Of a stretch of DNA of 64,000 bases, positions 49,046 through 61,728 are shown piece by piece; the stretch's first letter is position 1, and the number at the start of each line of letters is the position of its first letter. Both the position numbers and the translations under genes were made by a program. The notes under the pieces were generated by a model. That model was given only the letters and a program-made list of their open reading frames with translations. It did no database searches and was not told the origin of the DNA. Location: positions 1 to 64,000 of the forward strand of contig JBGAIQ010000013.1 of assembly GCA_044225365.1 (NCBI GenBank), read 5' to 3'. Origin of the DNA: Planctomycetota bacterium. Lineage in GTDB: Bacteria; Planctomycetota; B15-G4; JADJEK01.

Positions 49046-50061
49046 CGATAATGCTCCAGGTTCGTCGCGTAGAACTCGAGCGTACGGCGAAGACCTTCGT
49101 CGAGCGAGATGCGCGGCAGCCAACCGAGCGAGCGACGGATCGATTCGCTCGTGCCATAGTAGCTGCCGATGTCGATGCGCTTCTTCTCGGGCGGGAACGG
49201 CACGAGGCGAATCGAGCCCTTCTTGGCGATCTCGATCAACTTCTCCGCGAGGGCCTTGAGACTGATCGGCGGATCGCCGGAGAGGTTGTAGACCTGTCCA
49301 TTCGCATCGTCGCTCGCAGCGGCCATCAGGAATGCGTCTACAACGTCGTCGACGTAGTTGAGATCGCGCACTTGGAGGCCGTCGCCGTAGAGTTGGATCT
49401 CGCGGCCTTCGACGATCGTCCGCACGAACGTTGCGATGAAGCCCTGGCGGTCGTGCTTCACGAGCTGCCGCGGGCCGAAGGTATTCGTGAGGCGGAGCGA
49501 TGTCGCCTTGATGCCGTAGACGTCGTGATAGAGCAGATGGTACTGCTCGCCCGCAACCTTGTTCACGCCGTTGACGTCGACGGGATGAACGGGGTGACGC
49601 TCGTCGACCGGCAGGTACTGTGGCTTGCCGTAGACCTGTCGCGAGCAGGCGAAGACGATCTTCACGCCGCGATTGTTGAGCCGGCAGGATTCGAGGATCG
49701 AGAGCTGTGAGCGGCAGTTGATGTCGAGATCCACGAACGGATCGCGCATGCTGTCGATGTGGCTCACCTGGCCCGCGAGATTGAACAGGTAGTCGCGACC
49801 CTGGATCAGGTGGTCCATCGACGAGCGATCGCGAACGTCGGCGATGTTGACCGTGACAGCGTTCTCGATGCCCCGGATGTTGTGGAGCGATCCGCCGTAC
49901 TCCGGGATCATCGAGTCCATGAGCGTGACGCGCGCGCCGAGCTTCACGAGTTTGTGCGCGAGATTGCTGCCGATGAAGCCGAGCCCGCCCGTGACGAGGC
50001 AGTTCTTGCCGCGGAAGGCTCGATACGCCGTTTCGAGCTGTGGCGACGTGGTCTCCGGCAT
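49042..50061 (-). CDS. NAD-dependent epimerase/dehydratase (extended SDR)
   Basis: VTGGLGFIGSN, FNLAG, N...K, LRLTNTFGPRQ, RDLNYVDD. Confidence 0.94.
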   Translation of the reverse strand: MPETTSPQLETAYRAFRGKNCLVTGGLGFIGSNLAHKLVKLGARVTLMDSMIPEYGGSLHNIRGIENAVTVNIADVRDRSSMDHLIQGRDYLFNLAGQVSHIDSMRDPFVDLDINCRSQLSILESCRLNNRGVKIVFACSRQVYGKPQYLPVDERHPVHPVDVNGVNKVAGEQYHLLYHDVYGIKATSLRLTNTFGPRQLVKHDRQGFIATFVRTIVEGREIQLYGDGLQVRDLNYVDDVVDAFLMAAASDDANGQVYNLSGDPPISLKALAEKLIEIAKKGSIRLVPFPPEKKRIDIGSYYGTSESIRRSLGWLPRISLDEGLRRTLEFYATNLEHYR

Positions 50062-50816
50062 CAGCGTTTGCCGATCTTCTTGTTCACGATCAGCTCCCAC
50101 CACAGGCGGAACATCCCGAGCAACGTACGCGCGACGCGCGGGAAGTTGAAGAACTGCGACTTGCCGTGCAGTCGATGGTAGTGATGGACGCCGACCTGGT
50201 TCACGGCGAAGCCGTTCTTCTCGATCTTCGTCACGAGTTCCACGCAGATGAGACCGGTATCGCGGGTGAGATCGAACTTCTCGAACACGGAGCGCTTGAT
50301 CAGGCGGAAGTCGCAGTCGACGTCCTTGATGCGCAAGCCGAACGCGATCTTCACGAACGTGTGATAGAGCTTGCCGACGATCTTGCGATGCAGAGGATCC
50401 GATCGCGAGATCTTGAATCCATTGACGAGGTCGGCCCCCTCGCGCGCTTCCCAGAGTTGCTTCAATTCGCGCACGTCGTACTGCGCATCGCCGTCGGTGT
50501 AGAACACCCATTCCTTGGTCGCGGCCGCGAAGCCGCTGCGGAGCGCGCCGCCGTAGCCTCGATTCCTCTCGTGCGTCACGACCTTGAGGTGCGGTTCGAC
50601 GCGCTGGAGTTCTGCGAGGATGAGGCCCGTGTGGTCCGGACTCGCATCGTTGACGACGATGATCTCGTAGTCGTTCGTGAGCTCACGAAGCACTGCGGCC
50701 GACAACACGACGAGGCTGCCGATGGTGCCCCAATCGTTGTAAGCGGGGAAGAAGACGGAGATTCCCGACTTCTCGAGAGAGGCCGGGAGATGGGAGTTCG
50801 CGGGGTCCGCGATCAT
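50061..50816 (-). CDS. Glycosyltransferase family 2 (DPM1/ArnC-like polyprenol-phosphate GT)
   Basis: SVFFPAYND, IVVNDAS.D.T, N.GYGGAL..GF, YTDGDAQY, DVDCDFRL. Start uncertain. Confidence 0.92.
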   Translation of the reverse strand: MIADPANSHLPASLEKSGISVFFPAYNDWGTIGSLVVLSAAVLRELTNDYEIIVVNDASPDHTGLILAELQRVEPHLKVVTHERNRGYGGALRSGFAAATKEWVFYTDGDAQYDVRELKQLWEAREGADLVNGFKISRSDPLHRKIVGKLYHTFVKIAFGLRIKDVDCDFRLIKRSVFEKFDLTRDTGLICVELVTKIEKNGFAVNQVGVHHYHRLHGKSQFFNFPRVARTLLGMFRLWWELIVNKKIGKR

Positions 50817-50886
50817 GAGGTCCAGCAAGCTGTCGTCGGTCGTTACGGGAGGCAAAAGGTACGCCAGGCCGGGCGTGAAAGCAAAC

Positions 50887-51627
50887 TCAGCCGGGACGCT
50901 TCAGCACCGCGAACAGCGACAGGCCGGGAGGGAGCGGAACGTGCGGAAACAGGAACGCTTCGACGCGCAGGAGAGTGGCGAGCAGCGAGTTCACGACCGG
51001 GGGCGGCGAAGAAACGTCCGAGCTCGCCGGCGAATTGCGGTTCAGCAGACGCCACGCGGCAAGGACGGGGAAGAGCGTGGAGTTCCAGTAGCCGAGGCGG
51101 GTCACCTCGAGCCTCGCGATCTTCGCCATCTCGCGAATGCGGCGCTTCGTGTAGCGGCGCGCTCCATGGATCGTCTTGTCGTGCGCACTCGCGAGGAACG
51201 GATGCGCGGGGAGGTTGAGGAGGACGGAGCCTCCGGGCTTCACGACGCGTGCCATCTCGGAGAGGGCGGAGGCGTCGTTCTCCACTGCGCGGTGATACAG
51301 CACGTCGAGGCTGATGACGGCGTCGACCGACTCATCGGCGAGCGGGATCCGATCGACGCTGGCACGGACGAGATTCTTCGCTCCGCGCAATCGCGCATGA
51401 TCGAGCGCGATCGAACTCGCATCGATTCCCACCGCTTCGCATCCCATCGCGGTGAGCGCCGTGAGGACGCCGCCCGTTCCGCAACCCGCATCGAGGACGC
51501 GGGGTTTGGTCGCCGTGCACGTTGCGAGCGCGCGACGCATTTCGGCTAAAGCCAGAGCGTGCAGGCCGCGATACCAGAAATGACTCGTCTCGTGTTCGAA
51601 GACGCGCGCGTATTCTTGCGGATCCAC
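50887..51627 (-). CDS. Class I SAM-dependent methyltransferase
   Basis: HFWY, VLDAGCGTG, LDVLYH, PGG.LLNLPA, H..RRY. Confidence 0.9.
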   Translation of the reverse strand: MDPQEYARVFEHETSHFWYRGLHALALAEMRRALATCTATKPRVLDAGCGTGGVLTALTAMGCEAVGIDASSIALDHARLRGAKNLVRASVDRIPLADESVDAVISLDVLYHRAVENDASALSEMARVVKPGGSVLLNLPAHPFLASAHDKTIHGARRYTKRRIREMAKIARLEVTRLGYWNSTLFPVLAAWRLLNRNSPASSDVSSPPPVVNSLLATLLRVEAFLFPHVPLPPGLSLFAVLKRPG

Positions 51628-51689
51628 GCCTTCGTCATACACTTTTGCGTGCGACTCCGAATCCGACTCGAGGAGCCGCTTCAGCCCGA

Positions 51690-54668
51690 GTGAGGACCTT
51701 CTTGACTGACCCGTCGCCGGCTCGGCCCGGGCGGACGCTGCTGCTCGCGTTGCTCTTCGCAGCGCTCGGTTGCGTGCTGCTGCGCGGCACGTTCGTGAAT
51801 CTCGAGAATCTCGGTGCCAAGGACTGGAACGCCTTCATGGGCCAGTGCGAGGCGGAGATCACGAGCATTCTGCGGAACGGTCAGTTCCCTTTGTGGAATC
51901 CGTGGCGACGCGGTGGACAGGTCTCGTTCGCACAGCCCGAGTCGATGTTCCTGTCGCCGGTGACGCCTCTCGCGTTCTTGGTCGGAACGATCCTGGCGTT
52001 CAAACTCCTCATCGTTCCCGTCTTCGTCTTCGGCTGCTTCGGGCTGTGGAAACTCGCGGGCAGCTTCGGCCTCACCGGCGCCGCGCGACTTGCGCCTCCA
52101 CTGATGTTCTTCTCGTCGGCCGGCATCCCGTACTACGTGGCGGGAGGGCTTCCGAACTGGCTGTTCGGGATCGCCATCCTGCCGTGGCTGCTCTACCTGC
52201 GGCGGCGCGCGGCCGAACATCATGGCTACGTTGCTCTCGGCGGATTGGCTTACGCGTTCGTGCTGTATTGCGGCTCGGTCTATCACTTCGTGTTCTTCCC
52301 GGTCATCGTCGGACTCGACGCGCTCATCGATTCGATCCGTTCGCGGAGTTGGCGACCGCTTCTCCTGTCGATCGCGATGATCGTCGTGGGCGCGGCCTGC
52401 GCGTTGGTGCGCGTCCTGCCGATGTTCGACGTGTATCGCGTCTACCCCCGCGAACTGCCGGCCTCGCAGCGATATCTCACCTTCGACTTGATCGTGCGCG
52501 CGTTGCTCGATCCCAAGCACCCCGATCTCGTCAACCTCGCGGGAACCGTTCTGAGAGACGGTAGCAACTGGGTGTCGTGGGTGACGGTCGGCAGCTACGT
52601 CGGTCCGGTGTTCGTATGTCTCTCCATCCTTGGCTTCGTCGCGAGTCCGTGGCGGTCGCTTTGCGCCTCGATCGTCGCGATCTTTCTCGGCTGGATGTCG
52701 CTGGGATCGGGCACCGCGTACAGCATTTGGGACCTCCTCCACCATCTGCCCCTGTTGCGGTCGATGCAGGCTCCGGAGCGACTCCTCGTTCCCGGTCTCC
52801 TCGTGGCTTCGATCGGAGCGGGCTACGGCGTCGAACTGTTGTCGAAGGTCATGCTCCGCTCGGACGACTTCCGGGGCAAGCCGTTCCTGGTGAACCTGCT
52901 CATCCTGCTCGCTGCGACGCTGCCGCCCGTCCTATGCAACGATGACATCGCGGATGCTGCGTTCATCGAAGCGCCAAGCATCGACCTGCCGGCGCCGGGA
53001 GCGTTCCAGCAGGTCACGCAGAGCAAGCGCGTGACGCAATGGGGTGGAGAGCTGTACGAAGCGGTTCGCACCAACCGCGGCAATCCGTTCGCGCAGGCGG
53101 ACGTTCCGTCGCCGCACGCTGTCCGGGCGACGCACGAGCCGAGCTACGCCGGAGAGGTCTGGCTCGCGAAGGGCCGGGGCACGGTTCTCTACGACATCAC
53201 GCCGAATCGGATAGAAGTCCACGCCGATGTGACGGACGAAGACACGCTCCTCGTCAACCAGAACTACTTCCCGGGCTGGATGGTGAGAGGAACCCTCGAG
53301 CAGCCGATGACGGCGCGCCAGGGTCTGCTCGCGGTGCGCCTGCCCAAGGGAAAACACGACCTCGAACTCGTCTTCACGCAGCGAAGCGTCCTCGTCGGAT
53401 GCGTCCTCTCGCTCGTCGCGATGTTGCTGCTCGTCGTTTCGCTTGGAGTGCGACGTTCCCTAGGTGGTCCTTCAAACGTTCTCGGAGTTCCCGAGTGGAT
53501 CGCGATGGCCGGGTGCGGACTCTTGCTGTTCGCTGTGCCCATCACGGCGATCACCACGCCGGTACAAACGGTCGTGAAGCGTGGTGCGCTGATCGTCGAT
53601 GCCGAGATCCGCGAGAGCGGGCAATTCGCGGACATTCAGGCGGGGATCGACGCCGCCGTTCCCGGGGATGTCGTCCTGGTCCGTCCCGGCCACTATTCGG
53701 GATTCACGATCTCGTCCGGAATCACCGTGATGGCGGAGCAGATCGGCGAGACGTTCGTGAAGAGCGGCGACATCGAGGTGAAGGACATTGCGGCCGGATA
53801 TCCCGCGCAGATCATCGGGCTCACGATGGAGGACGCCGCCTCCTCGATCTTCGTGCGTGGGTGCACCGGGCATGTCATCCTCCAGGAGGTCAACCTCTCG
53901 GCGAGCGGATCGGCGGATGGCGTCGCGCTCCATCTCGAGCAGAGCGGTCCGGTGCATGTCTTCCGATCGAACGTCGGAGCGGTCCGAGTCCGTGGCGGTT
54001 TCCTGCTTGCCTCGGGCAGCCGCATCCAGGCGAGTCCGGCTGGGCGCGCTCTCGCAGCGCTCGATGTCATCAACAGCGTCGCTCTGCTCCACGACACCAC
54101 CGTGATCGGTAACGGGGCTCCCGCCGTGGTGGCGATCAAGGGCCGCATCGAGGCGCAGTCGAAGAGCGCCGATCCCTTCACCCGCAGCGGGGACGGACCG
54201 ATCCTGAGCCTCTCGAAGGAGAGCTGGTTCCGTTATTCGGGATTCCTGATGAACGAAGCGCGCGTCGAGCGCGGCACGGATTGCGTCTTCGAGCGATACT
54301 CCCCCGAGTTGCCGAGCGTCGCGTTCGCCACGGCTCCGACCGAGGGAACCGAACTCGAAGTCGAGCTGCGCGGCCCGCCGGGCGGTCGCGGTCGCTTGAT
54401 CATCAGTCCCGTCGCGTCCCTCGTCGAGATGCCGCACACCCGCCAGTGGGTGCAGGCGAATTGGGAGACCAGCGGCAACCTGCTCGTCCCGATCCGCCTT
54501 CCGGAGTCGGGGACTCTGAATCTGAAGACCGATGTGAAGGGCGTTCAGCTCAATGTCGGCTGGCCGATCTTCATGCAGTTCGTTCTCGAGGTCGATGCAT
54601 CGAAGGACGGCGGCACGGCGCGGGCGGTTCGGGCGTCGCTGCTCGATGGGGCGATCGTGCAGCCGTAG
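51690..54668 (+). CDS. YfhO-like multi-pass membrane protein (putative GT-C) fused to beta-helix-like and C-terminal domains
   Basis: GQFPLWNPW..GG N-terminus, many TM helices, N.NYFPGW...LP.G.H...L.F, then IQAGIDAA.PGDVVLVRPG.Y and a terminal IFMQF domain. Start uncertain. Confidence 0.8.
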   Translation: MRTFLTDPSPARPGRTLLLALLFAALGCVLLRGTFVNLENLGAKDWNAFMGQCEAEITSILRNGQFPLWNPWRRGGQVSFAQPESMFLSPVTPLAFLVGTILAFKLLIVPVFVFGCFGLWKLAGSFGLTGAARLAPPLMFFSSAGIPYYVAGGLPNWLFGIAILPWLLYLRRRAAEHHGYVALGGLAYAFVLYCGSVYHFVFFPVIVGLDALIDSIRSRSWRPLLLSIAMIVVGAACALVRVLPMFDVYRVYPRELPASQRYLTFDLIVRALLDPKHPDLVNLAGTVLRDGSNWVSWVTVGSYVGPVFVCLSILGFVASPWRSLCASIVAIFLGWMSLGSGTAYSIWDLLHHLPLLRSMQAPERLLVPGLLVASIGAGYGVELLSKVMLRSDDFRGKPFLVNLLILLAATLPPVLCNDDIADAAFIEAPSIDLPAPGAFQQVTQSKRVTQWGGELYEAVRTNRGNPFAQADVPSPHAVRATHEPSYAGEVWLAKGRGTVLYDITPNRIEVHADVTDEDTLLVNQNYFPGWMVRGTLEQPMTARQGLLAVRLPKGKHDLELVFTQRSVLVGCVLSLVAMLLLVVSLGVRRSLGGPSNVLGVPEWIAMAGCGLLLFAVPITAITTPVQTVVKRGALIVDAEIRESGQFADIQAGIDAAVPGDVVLVRPGHYSGFTISSGITVMAEQIGETFVKSGDIEVKDIAAGYPAQIIGLTMEDAASSIFVRGCTGHVILQEVNLSASGSADGVALHLEQSGPVHVFRSNVGAVRVRGGFLLASGSRIQASPAGRALAALDVINSVALLHDTTVIGNGAPAVVAIKGRIEAQSKSADPFTRSGDGPILSLSKESWFRYSGFLMNEARVERGTDCVFERYSPELPSVAFATAPTEGTELEVELRGPPGGRGRLIISPVASLVEMPHTRQWVQANWETSGNLLVPIRLPESGTLNLKTDVKGVQLNVGWPIFMQFVLEVDASKDGGTARAVRASLLDGAIVQP

Positions 54669-54670
54669 GA

Positions 54671-54808
54671 GTCGACGGCTGTCGACCCGTCTCGGAACGG
54701 AGCCGCGCTGGAGCGCGGCGGTCCGGGGGATTCGTGGGGGTCGACGGCTGTCGACCCGTCTCGGAGCGGAGCCGCGCTGGAGCGCGGCGGTCCGGGGAAT
54801 TCGCGGGG
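54671..54808. repeat. 2 x 69-bp tandem repeat carrying REP-like hairpins
   Basis: Copies at 54671 and 54740. Each has a GTCGAC-GGCT-GTCGAC palindrome and GCCGCGCTGGAGCGCGGCGGTCC (54702-54724, 54771-54793). Confidence 0.9.
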
Positions 54809-54921
54809 CCGAACGGAGCGACCGAGCGAGCGTCGAGGACCTGAAACCCCGCCCTTGCCGAAGAGGGGCGCAGATCCGCCCGCCACTACGGAGTCGCACG
54901 GATTTTGCCGATAAGAACGGC

Positions 54922-55785
54922 ATGACTACCGCCGTCGATCCCGTCGCCTCGACCCTTCCGGAGCCGTTGCGCGCGTCGCTCGTCGAGAAGATCGCGAGTG
55001 GCAAGCTCGAACTGCCCGTTCTTCCCGAAGTTGCTTCGCGAGTCATCTCTCTCACGATGGACGAGAACTGCGAAATGATGCAGCTCTCGTCGCTGATCCA
55101 GCGTGATCCTTCGCTCACGAGCCACGTGTTGCGATTGTCCAACTCCGCGCTCTATGCGCCGCCGACTCCGATCGTCTCGCTCCAGCAGGCGCTCAATCGG
55201 CTCGGCATGAAGAAGATCCGCGAGATCGCGCTCTTGATCTCGTGCGAGAACCGCGTGTTTCGGGTCGACGGGTTCGATCTCACCGTCCGAGCGTTGTTCA
55301 AACATTCGATCGGCACCGCGACCTATGCGCAGGAGATCGCGCGGCTACGGCGGTGGAACGTCGAGGAGGCCTTCTTGTGTGGCCTGCTCGCCGACGTCGG
55401 CAGGCCGGTCGTGCTCCAGGCGCTCGTCGACATCAAGAAGGATCTCGACATCGAAGCGCCGCGCGAGTCGCTCGAGGCCGCTTCGGCCGAGTTCCACTGC
55501 GAAGTCGGCAGTCAGCTCGTCAAGTCGTGGAAGCTGCCCGCGCGCCTCTCGGAGACGCTGCTCTTCCATCATGATCCCGAGAACGCGCCGACGACGGGCC
55601 AGACCGCGATGTTGACCCGCCTCGCTTCGGACTTCGCGCACTGGCTCGTCGGGCCGAAGAAGTGGGGCGAGCAGGATCTTCGCGAGCATCGGCTCTGCGT
55701 GCCGCTCAACATCTATCCCGACGAAATGGACAAGCTCCTCGCGATGAGCGAGAAGGTGAAGAAGGCCGTGGAGTCCGTGGCATGA
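54922..55785 (+). CDS. Stand-alone HDOD domain protein
   Basis: LPVLPEVA, I.RDPSL...VLRLSNS..Y, A..RLG, AFLCGLL.DVG, H..VG..L...WKLP. Confidence 0.92.
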   Translation: MTTAVDPVASTLPEPLRASLVEKIASGKLELPVLPEVASRVISLTMDENCEMMQLSSLIQRDPSLTSHVLRLSNSALYAPPTPIVSLQQALNRLGMKKIREIALLISCENRVFRVDGFDLTVRALFKHSIGTATYAQEIARLRRWNVEEAFLCGLLADVGRPVVLQALVDIKKDLDIEAPRESLEAASAEFHCEVGSQLVKSWKLPARLSETLLFHHDPENAPTTGQTAMLTRLASDFAHWLVGPKKWGEQDLREHRLCVPLNIYPDEMDKLLAMSEKVKKAVESVA

Positions 55786-57218
55786 GCGGCGAAACCCCTT
55801 CCATCGAGTCGTTCGACGTCATCGTGATCGGCAGCGGTCCCGCCGGTCTTCACGCCGCGCTGCACGCTTCCAACTCCGGTCGCAGCGTGCTGATGGTGGA
55901 GCAGGAAGTCAGCGTCGGCGGCGCTTGCGTTCATCGCGGCACGATCCCGAGCAAGACCCTGCGCGAGACCGCCCTCTCGCTGTCGAGCTTCCAGCAGCGC
56001 AGCGGCAAGGTGTTCAAGGTCCAGGTCAGCGAAGAGCTGCAAGTCTCGAGCCTCATGACCCGCATGGAGCAGGTCGTGAAGGCGCACGAACACTACATGT
56101 CGGAGCAGCTGCGGAACTCGAAGGTGGTCTGCTGGCACGGCCGGGCGACGTTCGTCGATTCGATCACGATCGACGTCCTCGGCGTCGATCGCAAGCTCCG
56201 CCGCGCGCGGGGCCGCTTCCTGTGCATCGCAACGGGCAGCAAGCCGCGATCGCCGGAGAACGTCGAGATCGATCATCAGAACATCCTCGATTCCGATTCG
56301 ATCCTCTCGATGATCTACCTGCCGCGTTCGCTCACGGTGCTCGGTGGCGGGGTGATCGCGTCCGAATATGCGTCGATCTTCGCGGCGCTCGGCGTCGAGG
56401 TCACGCTCATCGACAGCCGCGATCGCCCGCTCGCGTTCCTCGACAACGAACTCACCGATCGCTTCCTCGCTTCGTTCCAGAAGTCCGGCGGCAAGTTCAT
56501 CGCGAAGCGCAAGGTGAAGCGGTCGTACTGGGATCACGTCACGAGCTGCGTGACGGTACTCGACGATGGAACCGAGATTCGCTCCGAGAAGCTCCTGTGC
56601 TGCCTCGGACGCGTCGCGAACCTCGACGGGCTCCTGCCCGAGAAGGCGGGCGTGGTCGTCACCGAGCAAGGACTCATTCGCGTCGACGACAAGATGCGCA
56701 CGAGTCAGCCGAACATCTACGGCATCGGCGACGTCATCGGACCGCCGTCGCTCGCGTCCACGTCGATGGAGCAGGGGCGACGCGCGATCTGCCATGCGTT
56801 CGATCTCCCCGAAGGCATGAAGAGCGAACTCATCCCGATGGGCATCTACACGATCCCGGAGATCTCGTCGGTCGGTCTCGGCGAATCCGAGGCCAAGGCG
56901 AAGTGGGGCTCATGCATCGTCGGAAGAGCGCGCTTCGATCAGGTCGCGCGCGGCCAGATCGCGGCGATCACCGATGGCCTGCTCAAACTCATCACGTGTC
57001 CCGCGGGCAAGAAGGTGCTCGGCGTGCAGGTCGTCGGCGAAGGCGCTTCGGATCTCGTCCACATCGGGCAGATGGCGCTCGTCGGCAACTTCGACGTCGA
57101 CGTCTTCGTGCAGAACACGTTCAACTTCCCGACGCTCGCCGAGGCGTATCGCATCGCCGCCGTCGACGTCATCGAGCAGCGCGTCGCGATGGAGCGGGCC
57201 GCGACTCCGAAGAGCGAA

Positions 57219-57236
<18 letters not shown>
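55782..57236 (+). CDS. sthA: Soluble pyridine nucleotide transhydrogenase
   Basis: GSGPAG; GGACVHRGTIPSKTLRE (CxxxxT rather than CxxxxC); GGGVIASEYAS; GDVIG.P.LAS..MEQGR; FNFPTLAEAY. Confidence 0.92.
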
Positions 57237-59573
<2,337 letters not shown>

Positions 59574-59687
59574 GCGTTCCCAGAAGATGCCGATGCCGAC
59601 GAACCCGGATACGCCGCTGGCGTCTCGGGGAGTCGCAAGAAATCACGCGGATAGCATAAGGCAAACCCGGCCCGAGTCGCAGCGCGA

Positions 59688-60524
59688 TCAACGATTGCCC
59701 GCGGCCTCACGGATCTTCAGCAAGGTGACGAGCAGACCTTCGAGATCCTGGATCTTCAACATGTTGGGTCCGTCGGAGAGCGCGGAGTCCGGATCGTCGT
59801 GGACTTCCATGAAGAAGCCGTCGCAACCCGCGGCCATCGCAGCCTTGGCAAGGTAGGGAATCATCGTGCGATCCCCGCCCGTCTTGTTGCCGAGCCCACC
59901 GGGCTCCTGCACCGAGTGAGTCGCGTCGAAGATCACGGGCACACCCAGCGATTGCATGCGGGGAATCGACCGCATGTCGTTCACGAGTTGGTTGTAGCCG
60001 AAGAAGGTTCCCCGCTCGGTCAGCACGAGATCTTTCGCGCCGCCCTCCCGGCACTTCTTCACCACGTTGCCCATCTCGTGCGGGGCGAGGAATTGGGCTT
60101 TCTTCACGTTCAGAGCACGGCCGGTCTTCGCGGCCGCCAGCAGCAGATCGGTCTGACGGCACAAGAAAGCCGGGATCTGCAGCACGTCGACCACTTCGGC
60201 GACGGGCGCGCATTGCCAGGATTCGTGGACGTCGGTGACGAGAGGCAGGCCGGTCGCCTGCTTCACCCCCGCGAGGACCTTCAGTCCCGCTTCCATCCCG
60301 AGGCCGCGGAACGAATCGATCGCCGAGCGATTGGCTTTGTCGAACGAGGCCTTGAACACGATGCGCACACCCGTGTTCGTCGCGATCTTCCCGAGCCAGC
60401 GCGCGAGGCGATGCACGAGATCCTCGGACTCGATGACGCAGGGACCCGCGAGCAGAACGAGCGGCTCGTTCGGACCCGTGGGAAACCCTCCGAGAACCGC
60501 GCGGCGATGGGTTGGATCGACCAT
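59688..60524 (-). CDS. kdsA: KDO 8-phosphate synthase
   Basis: [56 protein letters not shown]. Confidence 0.97.
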   Translation of the reverse strand: MVDPTHRRAVLGGFPTGPNEPLVLLAGPCVIESEDLVHRLARWLGKIATNTGVRIVFKASFDKANRSAIDSFRGLGMEAGLKVLAGVKQATGLPLVTDVHESWQCAPVAEVVDVLQIPAFLCRQTDLLLAAAKTGRALNVKKAQFLAPHEMGNVVKKCREGGAKDLVLTERGTFFGYNQLVNDMRSIPRMQSLGVPVIFDATHSVQEPGGLGNKTGGDRTMIPYLAKAAMAAGCDGFFMEVHDDPDSALSDGPNMLKIQDLEGLLVTLLKIREAAGNR

Positions 60525-60735
60525 GGCGCGAGCATAGCAATCGCGGCGCGATCTACGCCGATCCCCCGACACCGGACGCAGTTCTGGACGAAATCATCCG
60601 ATTGTTCCGCAAGCCCAGTGAATAGGATTGGAGGGGCGGAGTCGTCGTCTCGTGAGCGTGCGGCGATTCGTTCGCACTCCAGTTCCACTCTCGTGTGCTG
60701 CCCACGGTGTGGAGCCGAGGGAGACGAGGTCGTGA

Positions 60736-61728
60736 ATGAGCGAAAAGCCCAATCGAAGGCAGTGGCTGCGCGCAGCGGCCGGTGCCCTTTGTCTTCCGGG
60801 GATCGCGGCGTGCAAGCGTTCGTCCGCCGCGGTGTCGAAGGTCCGGCCGTTGCGGGTCGGCCTCGACCTATGGCCCGGTTTCGATCCGATCTTGCTCGCG
60901 AAAGCGCGCGGAAAACTCGCGGAGCGAGCCCTGAACGTGGAGTTCGCGCCGATTCCGCCATGGGGAGTACTCAACACGGAGTTCGTCGCGAGGAATCTCG
61001 AGGTCATCGGAGTGGCCCTCGGGGACGTGATCAACATCGCGCAGCGGGACGCCGACGTCCAGATCATCCTGGTCACGGACCAGTCGAACGGGGGCGACAT
61101 CATCGTCGGCCAGGTGCCGTTCCAAGGCCCTGAGAGCGTTCGCGGCAAGAAGATTGCCGTCAACGTCGGCTACTTCGGCGAGGTCTTCATCAAGGAGTTC
61201 CTCGATCGCCATCAGGTGAAGCTCTCCGAAGTTCGGCTCGTGAACTGCGAAGCGAATCGCATCACCGATGGACTCACGACGAAGCTCTTCGCGGCGGGGC
61301 ACACCTGGGAACCTTTTGCCACGCAAGCCATGCATGCGGGCTTCCACTCGTGGTTCACGAGCAAAGAGGTGTTTGGTCTGATTCCCTCCTGCATCGCAGT
61401 GCACGCCCGCGTGCTGGCAGAACGCCGCCGCGAGGTCCAAGGTCTCGTCGACGCCTGGTTCGAGTCGATCGAGTGGATGAAGGACCACGAGGACGAAGCG
61501 CGAAATCTCCTCGCGAAGGTCAAGGGAGTCCTGCCCGCGGCGGTCCGCTACGACGGGCTGGCATTGCAGGATCGCGCTGCGAATCGAAAGCTCTTCGCGC
61601 CGGGAGGCGGAGCCGATACCGTTGCGGGCGTGATCGAGATCTACAGCCGATACTTCGTCGAACGGGGGACGATCGACAGCGCGTCGCTTCGTCTCGTCGA
61701 CCCGTCGATCGTGATGGCGGCCACATGA
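60736..61728 (+). CDS. NMT1/SsuA-like substrate-binding lipoprotein with Tat signal
   Basis: NRRQWL...IAA-C; WPGF; D.SNGGD.I; GKKIAV; TWEPF. Confidence 0.85.
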   Translation: MSEKPNRRQWLRAAAGALCLPGIAACKRSSAAVSKVRPLRVGLDLWPGFDPILLAKARGKLAERALNVEFAPIPPWGVLNTEFVARNLEVIGVALGDVINIAQRDADVQIILVTDQSNGGDIIVGQVPFQGPESVRGKKIAVNVGYFGEVFIKEFLDRHQVKLSEVRLVNCEANRITDGLTTKLFAAGHTWEPFATQAMHAGFHSWFTSKEVFGLIPSCIAVHARVLAERRREVQGLVDAWFESIEWMKDHEDEARNLLAKVKGVLPAAVRYDGLALQDRAANRKLFAPGGGADTVAGVIEIYSRYFVERGTIDSASLRLVDPSIVMAAT

